Assembly: GCA_019358935.1 (NCBI GenBank) | Contig: JAHHIK010000048.1 | Coordinates: 1 to 59,111 of the forward strand | Direction: 5' to 3' | Source of the DNA: Tolypothrix carrinoi HA7290-LM1 | GTDB lineage: Bacteria; Cyanobacteriota; Cyanobacteriia; Cyanobacteriales; Nostocaceae | Length of the DNA stretch: 59,111 bases | Part shown: one piece after another, positions 9,745-19,242 of the stretch | Layout of the letters: every line of letters starts with the position of its first letter | How positions within the stretch are numbered: the first letter of the stretch is position 1 | Program-made: the position numbers and the translations under genes | Notes under the pieces: model-generated | The model's database searches: none | The model's input: only the letters and a program-made list of their open reading frames with translations | Told to the model about the DNA's origin: nothing

Positions 9745-10761
9745 CTAACGAAACATACTACTTACAGAGCTATCTTCGTGAATTCTCCAGATGGTTTCTC
9801 CGAGTAGATTAGCCACTGAAAGGACGACGAGTTGTTCAAAGCGATCGCTATTCGGAATCGGAATCGTATTTGTAACGATCACTTCCTCAAACACACCACT
9901 GGATAGCCGCTCAATTGCAGGTGGAGAGAACACCGCATGAGTTGCACAAGCATAAACCTGACGCGCTCCTTCTTCACGCAATAACTGTGCCCCAGCCGCA
10001 ATTGTGCCGCCAGTGTCGATCATGTCGTCTACCAACACCGCCGTTTTGCCCTTAACATCGCCGATGACATTCATCACTTCAGCGACATTGTGAGCTTGAC
10101 GGCGTTTGTCAATAATTGCTAAGGGGGCATCATCCAGCTTTTTCGCAAATGCCCTCGCTCGCGCTACACCGCCAACATCCGGCGAAACTACCACCAAGTC
10201 AGGCAGTTTCTTACTTGCCAGATAATCTAGCAGCACTGGCGAACCATAAACATGGTCAAAGGGTATATCAAAATAACCCTGAATTTGTGCCGAGTGCAAA
10301 TCCATTGCCAAAACTCGGTTTGCACCAGCTTGGGTAATTAGGTTAGCAACCAGCTTGGCGGTGATTGACTCTCGTCCTGCGGTTTTGCGATCGGCGCGGG
10401 CATAGCCATAGTAAGGAATTACTGCCGTTACCTGCCGCGCTGAGGCACGACGACAGGCATCAATCATAATCAGCAATTCCATTAAGTGGTCGTTGACCGG
10501 TTGACACGATGGCTGGATTAAATAAACATCACAACCCCGAATCGATTCTTGAATTTGAACGTAAAGTTCTCCATCCGCAAATCTTTTGCGAATCATTGGT
10601 CCCAAGTCCATGCCCAAATAACGAGCAACTTCTTGAGACAGCGGTACGTTGGCAGAACCAGAGAACAGCCGCAGGCGATGATTTTCAGTCAGTCCTGTTG
10701 CAGTTGGCTGCACTTTTAAACTTGCAGAACTGAGCACAGCAGATCCTCTATGTGCATTCAT
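9745..10761 (-). CDS. prs: Ribose-phosphate pyrophosphokinase
   Basis: FADGE, PYYGYARADRK, VSPDVGG and VDDMIDTGGT motifs. Confidence 0.97.
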   Translation of the reverse strand: MNAHRGSAVLSSASLKVQPTATGLTENHRLRLFSGSANVPLSQEVARYLGMDLGPMIRKRFADGELYVQIQESIRGCDVYLIQPSCQPVNDHLMELLIMIDACRRASARQVTAVIPYYGYARADRKTAGRESITAKLVANLITQAGANRVLAMDLHSAQIQGYFDIPFDHVYGSPVLLDYLASKKLPDLVVVSPDVGGVARARAFAKKLDDAPLAIIDKRRQAHNVAEVMNVIGDVKGKTAVLVDDMIDTGGTIAAGAQLLREEGARQVYACATHAVFSPPAIERLSSGVFEEVIVTNTIPIPNSDRFEQLVVLSVANLLGETIWRIHEDSSVSSMFR

Positions 10762-10976
10762 GGCAATCTTATCATCAGATATTTAGCAGATTTAACCGAG
10801 ATAGTCAGAGAAAACATTTGTAAGTTTTTTTGAAGCTTTCATAAAAAGTCTCAATATTCCTCCATAAAGCGTTCGCGTTGTCATTTTCAAAGACTTCTGG
10901 CAAATCAACCATAGACAGCTTAACTGACATTAAGTTTTTGAACTAGATGCATTATTTAGATGTTTTTGCTTGAGGT

Positions 10977-11006
10977 AAAAAAAAACCAACTCCTTCGAGG
11001 TTGGTT
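10977..11006 (-). terminator. Intrinsic terminator facing prs with no annotated gene upstream
   Basis: Minus strand reads AACCAACCTCGAAGGAGTTGG followed by T9. Confidence 0.65.
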
Positions 11007-11346
11007 CGGTAGAGCATTTTCCTCTACCCACCTTATTTATAACTGAGCGTCAAGGATTCACACAGAAGAGTGATATCAAAGCAGGCACTCGTTAAGTAGA
11101 AACACCTGTGAATAAAAAACACTCGTGGCAATTGAATATTCTATGATACTAGCGGCAAATTTATAAAATGGCAGATTTAATTTAAGCTTTTAAATCTAAT
11201 TACACATCTCACAGCACTTTAAGTTATAACTCTTGACAAGCTAATATCTGGCGAAAGGGTGAAGAATTTTTAAAGGCAAAAAGCCAGCACAAGTTGGCAC
11301 AAAACGCTACCGTAGAAAATGACAAATAAACGTAAAAGGATAAGGA

Positions 11347-11632
11347 ACTAGGGACTAGGGACTAGGGACTAGGGACTAGGGACTAGGGGACAAGGAGGAC
11401 AAGGAGGACAAGGAGGACAAGGAGGACAAGGAGGACAAGGGGGAAATATTTTTTCTTTGTTACCCATTACCCATTACCCATTACCCATTACCCATTACCC
11501 ATGCCCAATGACGGCAGATGCTCCACTTGGGGAGCCAGCCGCGTGCGGGGGTTCCCCCCGTTGAGCGGACTGGCGTGAGACCCCAAGACCGCACAGCCAA
11601 ACCTATGCCCCATGCCCAATGCCCCATTACCC
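11347..11632. repeat. STRR arrays (GACTAGG, GGACAAGGA, ATTACCC) plus a nested small dispersed repeat
   Basis: Tandem 7/9-mers. 11509-11610 matches 55518-55574 apart from a 45-bp insert. Confidence 0.88.
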
Positions 11633-11641
11633 AATTAATCG

Positions 11642-13372
11642 ATGATGCAACCACCCATTACTGTTGGTACTGTCCTGCAAAACCGTTATCGCATAATTCA
11701 AATTCTCGGTCAGGGGGGATTTGGCAGAACTTATTTGGCAGAAGACCAAAGGCGATTTAATGAACTTTGTGCGATCAAAGAATTAATTCCCACCGCTACT
11801 GTCCCTTCTGCTTGGGAGAAAGCACAAGAACTTTTTGCAAGAGAAGCAGCAATTTTATACCAAATTCAACATCCGCAAATACCGCAATTTAGAGAAAGAT
11901 TTGAACAAGACCAGCGCTTGTTTTTGGTGCAAGATTACGTTGCGGGTAAGACTTACCGCGCAATACTGGATGAGCGCAAGGCTGTTAATCAAACTTTCAC
12001 AGAAGCGGAAGTTTTGCAACTGATGCGCTCTTTGTTACCAGTTTTAGAGCATATTCACGGCCGCGGGATTATTCACCGGGATATTTCACCGGAAAATATT
12101 ATTTTGCGAGAAAGCGATCGCCTACCTGTTTTAATTGACTTTGGGGTGGTGAAAGAACTGGCAACTAAATTACAATCTTTAAATGCGTCAACGCCCGTCA
12201 CCACTGTGGGAAAATTAGGCTACGCGCCGAGCGAGCAAATGCAAACAGGAAGGGCTTACCCCAGTAGTGATTTGTATGCGTTAGCAGTCACAGTGCTAGT
12301 TTTGCTGACGGGTAAAGAACCGCAAGAATTATTTGATGAAAATCAATTAACTTGGAATTGGCAAAAGTTGGTAAAAGTCGATCCGCGATTTGCTCAAATA
12401 TTAAATCGGATGTTGAGTCATTCACCAAGCGATCGCTTTCATAGTGTTGCCGATCTCACCCAAGCTTTACAACTTTTGGCGCAACCAAATCAGGCAAATC
12501 CGCCTTTGTCCAACATGCAAACAGTCGCTGTCGGTGGTCGTCCAGATCCAATCCCACCTGTTGCGCCTAAAAGATTAGATCCGGTAATTCCCGATCCGCC
12601 CAGCAATTCTATTTTGGATAATCCCTTGGCGCTGGGTGCAATTGGCAGTGCCGTAATTATCTTAGCAGGAGTCGGTTCTTGGGCAATAGTAAGTTCTATC
12701 CGCAGTCAACCAAAAACATTAGCACCAGAAGCCCCACCACAAACTTTTCCTTCGCCAGTTATTACAGGTAGTGCTACACCGACACCGACATTTACACCTA
12801 CACCCACACCCACCAATGTTGAACCTATTGTCACTAATAAACGCCTAACTTTTGTCACTCCAAATCAACTTAATCTTGATGGTACTATCAAAGCAAATGA
12901 AACAGTTCAATACAGCTTTTTTGGCAGAAAAGGTTCAAAATTAATTGCATCGCTTTCCCCAGAAAGCAAGAATGTTTTGCTAACAGTTTTATCTCCAAAT
13001 CGACAAGCAATAGATAATTCGGCACAGCAAGTCACATCTTATCAGGGAATATTGCCTGAAAGTGGCAGATATATTATTCAGTTAACAGCACCAGAAGTAC
13101 CTGAAAGCAATTATGTCCTTAATGCTGGGTTAGAAAATTTAGAAGCGACACCGACAATCACGCCAACATTAGAACCGACATTTACGCCCACACCAGAGTC
13201 TACACCGACACCGACAATCACGCCAACACTGGCACCAACTTTTCCAGCACCACCTGTTAACAATTCGCCTACACTTCCTCCTTTACAGCCGCCGGAGTTT
13301 CCGTCTACATCTTCTCCAGAAGAAAATAATAATCCGCCTGTTGAGCAAACTCCTATTCCTAATCGCAATTAA
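11642..13372 (+). CDS. Hanks-type Ser/Thr protein kinase with TM segment, PT-rich linkers and a PPC-like extracellular domain
   Basis: GQGGFG, AIK, HRDISPEN, DFG and GYAPSEQ motifs. Confidence 0.95.
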   Translation: MMQPPITVGTVLQNRYRIIQILGQGGFGRTYLAEDQRRFNELCAIKELIPTATVPSAWEKAQELFAREAAILYQIQHPQIPQFRERFEQDQRLFLVQDYVAGKTYRAILDERKAVNQTFTEAEVLQLMRSLLPVLEHIHGRGIIHRDISPENIILRESDRLPVLIDFGVVKELATKLQSLNASTPVTTVGKLGYAPSEQMQTGRAYPSSDLYALAVTVLVLLTGKEPQELFDENQLTWNWQKLVKVDPRFAQILNRMLSHSPSDRFHSVADLTQALQLLAQPNQANPPLSNMQTVAVGGRPDPIPPVAPKRLDPVIPDPPSNSILDNPLALGAIGSAVIILAGVGSWAIVSSIRSQPKTLAPEAPPQTFPSPVITGSATPTPTFTPTPTPTNVEPIVTNKRLTFVTPNQLNLDGTIKANETVQYSFFGRKGSKLIASLSPESKNVLLTVLSPNRQAIDNSAQQVTSYQGILPESGRYIIQLTAPEVPESNYVLNAGLENLEATPTITPTLEPTFTPTPESTPTPTITPTLAPTFPAPPVNNSPTLPPLQPPEFPSTSSPEENNNPPVEQTPIPNRN

Positions 13373-13540
13373 TAATATGTGATATGAGAAAAAAAAATGA
13401 TTAACTAACCGCAGAGAACGCAGAGAACGCATCAGAAAAAAAAGGGAGTTTTGGAAATGATTGAGAATTAGATTTATCATTTCACTTTCATGGTCAAAAT
13501 TAAATAGGGTAAATTCAGTGCTAATAACTAATAATTTTCA

Positions 13541-14224
13541 ATGAATACATTACTAATTACGGGAACGGATACGGAAGCTGGGAAAACTGTTTTTACAACA
13601 GCGTATTCTGCTTATTGGCAAATATATTATCCGCAGCGACGTTTGGGAATTATGAAACCGATTCAATCGGGTGAAGGCGATCGCGAACTTTATCAAAAGC
13701 TGTTTTCTTTAGATCAATCTTCTGAAGAAATTACACCTTTGTATTTTCAAGCACCTCTGGCGCCACCGATTGCCGCAGCACGCGAAAATCGAGAAGTAGA
13801 TTTAAAGCTGGTGTGGCAAACTTTGGAAAAAGTGCGATCGCGTCATGATATTCTTTTAATAGAAGCTTTGGGCGGATTAGGCTCACCCGTAACTTCGGAG
13901 TTGACGGTAGCAGATTTAGCAGGGGAATGGCGTTTGCCGACGGTATTGATAGTACCTGTGAAATTGGGAGCGATCGCGCAAGCTGTAGCCAATGTAGCAT
14001 TAGCTAGACAATCTCGCGTGCATCTAGTTGGTATTGTCCTCAACTGCGTCGAACCGCGAACATCAGCGCAAATTGCCGATTGGACACCACCACAATTGAT
14101 TCAATCGCTGACTAATACGCCTGTTTTAGGTTGCGTGCCTTACTTAGAAAATACATCTGATTTAGAGAAAATGGCACAAGTAATATCAAATTTAGATTTG
14201 GAAACTTTAACTATCTGCTCGTAA
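13541..14224 (+). CDS. bioD: Dethiobiotin synthase
   Basis: ITGTDTEAGKT, MKPIQSG and IEALGG motifs. Confidence 0.95.
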   Translation: MNTLLITGTDTEAGKTVFTTAYSAYWQIYYPQRRLGIMKPIQSGEGDRELYQKLFSLDQSSEEITPLYFQAPLAPPIAAARENREVDLKLVWQTLEKVRSRHDILLIEALGGLGSPVTSELTVADLAGEWRLPTVLIVPVKLGAIAQAVANVALARQSRVHLVGIVLNCVEPRTSAQIADWTPPQLIQSLTNTPVLGCVPYLENTSDLEKMAQVISNLDLETLTICS

Positions 14225-14270
14225 CGCATCCTACAATCCTTTTATGTCTAATTTGATTAGGTTACTTGTC

Positions 14271-14422
14271 ATATCATGTCCGGGTAATTAGTTATGATTC
14301 CCATCGTCAAGAAGCACCCCACCCCTTAATCCCCTCCCCGCTTGCGGGGAGGGGAGACAAAGCTACGCTTTGGCGGGGTGGGGTTCTTTGGGCGATCGTA
14401 AGTAATCAAACGGACATGATAT
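14271..14422. mobile_element. 152-bp MITE-like element with an internal GC hairpin
   Basis: Perfect 12-bp terminal inverted repeat ATATCATGTCCG, extending imperfectly to about 28 bp. Abuts the NACHT stop codon. Confidence 0.75.
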
Positions 14423-16587
14423 CAGTCCGATACTCTTATGATAGATGGTTTAACCAATGGTATCCCACACTTGGAGCAGAATTTGAAATTAGACGGATTA
14501 TTGTTACCACAATTGGTACATACAAGATGATTTGGAACTGGAGTTGGAGGCTGAGAAGCGCTATTATTAATATTAGTTAAATCAGGTTTAGTTGGTGCGT
14601 TATTCCTGTCAATAAACTGAAGATTTGGTACGGTCGTTGATTGAACAGGTACTGACGCCATCTGAGCAAAATGTTCGAGCAGCATTCGATGAACAAAAAT
14701 GTAACCACCCCCAACTTTTTGTAAAAAAATGCGTTCAGTGCCATAGTCAAGGAAGTGGGCATAGTTGCTGGGGATATAACCTTTACTGTAAAGAATAAAG
14801 CGTAAGGTAAAGTGTTGGATGCAGGCTTTACCACCCCCAAAAATTAGCCCAAAAATTAGCCCAAAGTCCAGCCCCAACAATACCCAATTTGGTTTACCGC
14901 TTAATAAGCCGATAAAGGCGCCGAATAATCCACCAATTAATCCAATAATCACAGCATTCCTGCCTGAGTTTGAAATGCCCTGATTGGGACTTGTTTTTCT
15001 CTCTATTTCTGGACCTCTCAGCCCACCAAGCAACCCCAAAATCAGTGCATCAATTAGCCAATAAATCAGCACCAATCTCTGCACATCCAGGTCTGGTTTA
15101 AACAACCAAAGAACCAGTCCCACAATCACCGCTAAAGGCAGTCCATTTAGCAGTCCATTAATTAGAAACTTCCTTGCTTCTTGCCAAGACCATCTCAGAG
15201 TTTCAACTGTTTTGATTTCTGTCATCTGCCATAATAAACTCAGCCCGCCAATAGGTACACCAATTTGCAAACTAAGTTGAAAAGACTTACTTTGATCTAG
15301 GAATCCGATTAACCCACCAATCAGTCCCCCAAGTAGCCCCCCAATCAGAAAACTTCCAATCCTATAAAGTATTTTTTGAGTCTTAGTCTCGAACCAAGTA
15401 GGCTGCAATCCTTCAATTAAAAACATCGTCTGAGAAGTTTGAGACAAACGCTTTGCTAGCCAAATTAGCCAGCGCGTTGCTTGTTCTTTCGGGTATTTCT
15501 GTTTAGCTTCCTTGCGGCTAAACATCGTTTCAATATAAGTATTAAACAGATGCCGACGCTGTTCTTCTATCGAGTTTGTTTGGGGTAAGTCTTCAACTAA
15601 TTTGCCTTCATATGCCAAAGTCATGACGCTGAGAGTCAGGGGAGATTTGGCTAACTCTTGCAGTGCAGTATCTTTTTCAAGTAATGTTCTCAAAGCTTCT
15701 AATTGATTGCCAGCACTGTTTAGATATTGCTTAATCTGCTCATCGGTTAATGATTGGACGCAGATAGCACCTTGTAGTTGCAGACGAGTAGAGAGAGCAT
15801 TATAATCTTGGATGCGGCTACACACGATTATCTCGGTTTGTCCATGCTTTTGCATGAATTCATTCAAGGCTTGAACACAGGCTTCCCGATACTCAGATTT
15901 CACCTCATCCAGACCATCCAGCGTCAGTAGCAGTTGTTGCTTTTTAATCCAAGCTTTAGCTAAGGATTTGGAAACTTTATATTGCCTATTCAATTCTTGA
16001 ACAACCCAATCAGCAATATTTTGCCGCTTATTTGCCCAAGAGGATAAATTAAATACGACTGGAATTGGTCGGCTTAAGTCCTGTTCAGTACGAGTTATCA
16101 AATGCTTTGTCAGTGTCAGGAGGGTTGTGGTTTTACCTGCTCCCGGTTCTCCTAATATCAGAAGAGTTCGTCCCTCTCCCATTTGATTGAAGACATCTGT
16201 TACCCCAACTCCCGTGGGTAGTGCTTGTCCAGATTTATCAGGCAACTCGTCAATACCAAGATGTTCTACTGCGTCTAATTGCTCTTCCAAACTTAATTCA
16301 ATCATCACTCTGGTATGCAATGACTTTTCTAAGACACCTTCAATCCAATAGTTTTTAACTTTATTGAGCAAAACCTTACGTTGTTTATACTCCTCTTGAG
16401 TAGTGGGTTTTGCTACATCAGATGTCCGACGACCTAAAAAATCAGATATCTGAAAAAGACTTTTATTTACATAAATGACGCTTCCCTGAATGAAGTCACC
16501 TTGGATATAATCACCCTGAATTGACTCATTATAATTGCCGCTTCTTATATTAATACTGCGGTTATAAGGCTCTTGATTTGTTGTCAT
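14422..16587 (-). CDS. NACHT (STAND) NTPase with N-terminal G/N/Y motif, multi-TM C-terminal region and zinc ribbon
   Basis: Walker A GEPGAGKTT, Walker B LTLDGLDEV, GLxGGL TM repeats and a terminal CTNC...CSKC. Confidence 0.92.
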   Translation of the reverse strand: MTTNQEPYNRSINIRSGNYNESIQGDYIQGDFIQGSVIYVNKSLFQISDFLGRRTSDVAKPTTQEEYKQRKVLLNKVKNYWIEGVLEKSLHTRVMIELSLEEQLDAVEHLGIDELPDKSGQALPTGVGVTDVFNQMGEGRTLLILGEPGAGKTTTLLTLTKHLITRTEQDLSRPIPVVFNLSSWANKRQNIADWVVQELNRQYKVSKSLAKAWIKKQQLLLTLDGLDEVKSEYREACVQALNEFMQKHGQTEIIVCSRIQDYNALSTRLQLQGAICVQSLTDEQIKQYLNSAGNQLEALRTLLEKDTALQELAKSPLTLSVMTLAYEGKLVEDLPQTNSIEEQRRHLFNTYIETMFSRKEAKQKYPKEQATRWLIWLAKRLSQTSQTMFLIEGLQPTWFETKTQKILYRIGSFLIGGLLGGLIGGLIGFLDQSKSFQLSLQIGVPIGGLSLLWQMTEIKTVETLRWSWQEARKFLINGLLNGLPLAVIVGLVLWLFKPDLDVQRLVLIYWLIDALILGLLGGLRGPEIERKTSPNQGISNSGRNAVIIGLIGGLFGAFIGLLSGKPNWVLLGLDFGLIFGLIFGGGKACIQHFTLRFILYSKGYIPSNYAHFLDYGTERIFLQKVGGGYIFVHRMLLEHFAQMASVPVQSTTVPNLQFIDRNNAPTKPDLTNINNSASQPPTPVPNHLVCTNCGNNNPSNFKFCSKCGIPLVKPSIIRVSD

Positions 16588-16667
16588 AATATAACCTGCA
16601 TGAAGTTATTAAATAACAAGAAAAGCAGACGAGTAAATTTTACAGAAAAAATAGAATGTATTAAGGC

Positions 16668-17720
16668 TTAATTACCCTTAGTTTTCTGCCAATCTTCCAA
16701 AGCACCAATGACAAAGCTAGCTGCTGGATGATTGAGCAATTGCCCAAAAGCCTGCACACCACCTGCTTTCGATGCACTAAGTATCCTCTCTACTAAAGAG
16801 GGATTATTTTCAATACTCTTAATAGTTTCGGCAGCTACTTGCATTTTACCCAAGGTGGTATCAGTAGAATAAGACTTGTCTAGTTGTTCAAGTAGTTTTT
16901 GAATTTCCGCAGCAACTTCAGTCAGGTTTTGTTTTTCACTACTAGCATAATAATTACCTTGGACATAATTGCCTTCAATGCGCTCGTTGTAGTTGCCGCT
17001 ACCTATGTTGATACTGCGTTTATCAGTCATATCAGATTTTTGTTTTTTATCTGGGGAAATTATTTGATTAGTAGAAAGTCTAATGCCTATATCTTTGTTA
17101 ATTTTGATGGAGGGAATTAAAGACTGGGGAATGCCATTTAGGTCAATATTATTACAGCCTAGTTGAAAAGCATCCTCATAGTTTCTCCCAGCACCAATCA
17201 CATCATAAAAGCCTTGGGCAAATTTAATTGCTGCATCATCTCGTATAGAACGCTCCATGCCAATAACGCAATAAATATGCTTATGAATTTCTTCTGCCTG
17301 GACTTCTGAATAGCAGGCATTGAGTAGCACACATTCAATTGTGTTTTGAAAACTCTTAAATAAGTCTGTTAGTGATTTTGTACTTACCAATTGCATTTCC
17401 CCAGAGTTATTCTCTAAAGCTATACCTCCTGAGGGCGAATTTAAACGGTAAGCTTCGCGCTGTTGTAATTGCCCGGAGTTATTTTTGACAACTATGTTAT
17501 TATTTGCTGTTGCATGTCCGGAGAAATGCACAATCTGTGGTTCGCAATCTAACAAAGCACGACGCAAATCATCAATCCGAACAGCCCCCTCAGTAATAAC
17601 TTCAAAATTATCTCGATATTTGGAACGTCTCAACGCTGTTTTTATTTCCCGAATTTCCTCATCTAAACGTAGCCAATCTGTGTTTCTCGGATTGGCTGAT
17701 AAAATTAGAATTTTTTTCAT
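16668..17720 (-). CDS. CHAT (caspase-like) domain protein with G/N/Y motif and C-terminal helical domain
   Basis: ILILSANP..LRLDEE, catalytic HFSGH and LNACYS, and AIKFAQGFY. Confidence 0.9.
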   Translation of the reverse strand: MKKILILSANPRNTDWLRLDEEIREIKTALRRSKYRDNFEVITEGAVRIDDLRRALLDCEPQIVHFSGHATANNNIVVKNNSGQLQQREAYRLNSPSGGIALENNSGEMQLVSTKSLTDLFKSFQNTIECVLLNACYSEVQAEEIHKHIYCVIGMERSIRDDAAIKFAQGFYDVIGAGRNYEDAFQLGCNNIDLNGIPQSLIPSIKINKDIGIRLSTNQIISPDKKQKSDMTDKRSINIGSGNYNERIEGNYVQGNYYASSEKQNLTEVAAEIQKLLEQLDKSYSTDTTLGKMQVAAETIKSIENNPSLVERILSASKAGGVQAFGQLLNHPAASFVIGALEDWQKTKGN

Positions 17721-17861
17721 ACTTTTGGATGAAGACAGAATCTACAATAAAATGTATTGATTCTATATCTATGTTGAGTTTTTTTAACCTCAAGCTGTTA
17801 AAATCAGTTTGAGTCACACGAATGAGCTTGTACTTAATATAGTACACAGGTTTAACTTGAT

Positions 17862-17955
17862 CAGGACTTACGCACTCCTTCACGGAATAACGAACCGCGA
17901 AGGCACGAAGGACACGAAGGAATAAGAGTTGCAGAGAGTTTTTGCGTAAGTCCTG
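17862..17955. mobile_element. 94-bp MITE-like element (TIR CAGGACTTACGCA)
   Basis: 13-bp perfect TIR; homologous to 38110-38203 in reverse orientation. Confidence 0.8.
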
Positions 17956-18007
17956 TAAACTAGGAAAATAACATCAGTTAGCCGTGTTAAATTAACCTGT
18001 TTAAACA

Positions 18008-19225
18008 ATGATTTCCACGTTCCCCAACGCTCAGAGTGTAAATTTATCTCGCGTCCGCTTGGATATTAGATCGCTACAACCTCAACTGGTAGAATGGCGA
18101 CGACGACTGCATCAACAACCAGAGTTAGGTTTTCAAGAAAAACTCACTGCTGAGTTTGTTTCACAGAAGTTGCAGGAATGGGGAATTGAGCATGAAACGG
18201 GAATTGCTCAAACTGGAATTGTGGCAACAATAAAAGGTGGTAAAATTGATAGTGGGAAAGTGTTGGCAATTCGGGCAGATATGGATGCTTTGCCAATTCA
18301 AGAACTCAACGAAGTGCCATATAAATCGCAACATGATGGAGTAATGCACGCTTGCGGTCATGATGGACATACAGCGATCGCTTTAGGCACAGCTTACTAT
18401 CTGCAATCAAATCGCCAAAACTTCGCCGGACATATAAAAATTATCTTTCAACCAGCGGAAGAAGGACCCGGAGGTGCAAAGCCGATGATTGAAGCTGGGG
18501 TACTGAAAAACCCTGATGTGGATGCAATCATCGGTTTGCATTTGTGGAATAATTTGCCTTTGGGAACTGTCGGTGTCCGCGCTGGGGCGTTAATGGCAGC
18601 GGTAGAATGCTTTAAATGCACGATTTTGGGCAAAGGTGGACACGGGGCAATGCCTCATCAAACGATTGATTCTATCGTGGTTGCGGCTCAAATTGTCAAC
18701 GCTTTACAAACCATTGTCTCACGTAACGTCGATCCAATAGATTCGGCGGTGGTGACAGTCGGAGAACTTCACGCAGGAACCAAGCTGAATATTATTCCCG
18801 ATACAGCTAGGATGAGTGGGACGATACGTTATTTTAAACCTGATTTAAAAGGCTTTTTCCAAAAGCGAATTGAGCAAATTATCGCCGGCGTTTGTCAGAG
18901 TCATGGTGCGAGTTATGACTTAGAATACTGGGAACTTTACCCACCAACTATCAACGATGCAGGGATGGCAGAATTTGTGCGATCGCAAGCCGAACAAGTG
19001 ATAGAAACTCCTCTCGGAGTTGTCCCAGAATGTCAAACAATGGGCGGCGAAGATATGTCATACTTTTTACAAGCTGTTCCCGGTTGTTATTTCTTCCTCG
19101 GTTCTGCAAACCCTGCCAAAGACTTAGCTTATCCGCATCATCATCCCCGCTTTGATTTTGACGAAACCGCTTTACCAATGGGTGTAGAAATCTTCGTCCG
19201 CTGCGTCGAAAAATTCTTATCGTAG
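18008..19225 (+). CDS. M20D-family amidohydrolase (N-acyl-L-amino acid amidohydrolase-like)
   Basis: RADMDALP, MHACGHDGH, FQPAEE, GGEDM and HHHPRF motifs. Confidence 0.93.
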   Translation: MISTFPNAQSVNLSRVRLDIRSLQPQLVEWRRRLHQQPELGFQEKLTAEFVSQKLQEWGIEHETGIAQTGIVATIKGGKIDSGKVLAIRADMDALPIQELNEVPYKSQHDGVMHACGHDGHTAIALGTAYYLQSNRQNFAGHIKIIFQPAEEGPGGAKPMIEAGVLKNPDVDAIIGLHLWNNLPLGTVGVRAGALMAAVECFKCTILGKGGHGAMPHQTIDSIVVAAQIVNALQTIVSRNVDPIDSAVVTVGELHAGTKLNIIPDTARMSGTIRYFKPDLKGFFQKRIEQIIAGVCQSHGASYDLEYWELYPPTINDAGMAEFVRSQAEQVIETPLGVVPECQTMGGEDMSYFLQAVPGCYFFLGSANPAKDLAYPHHHPRFDFDETALPMGVEIFVRCVEKFLS

Positions 19226-19242
19226 TAAGCGCTGTACTCGCT

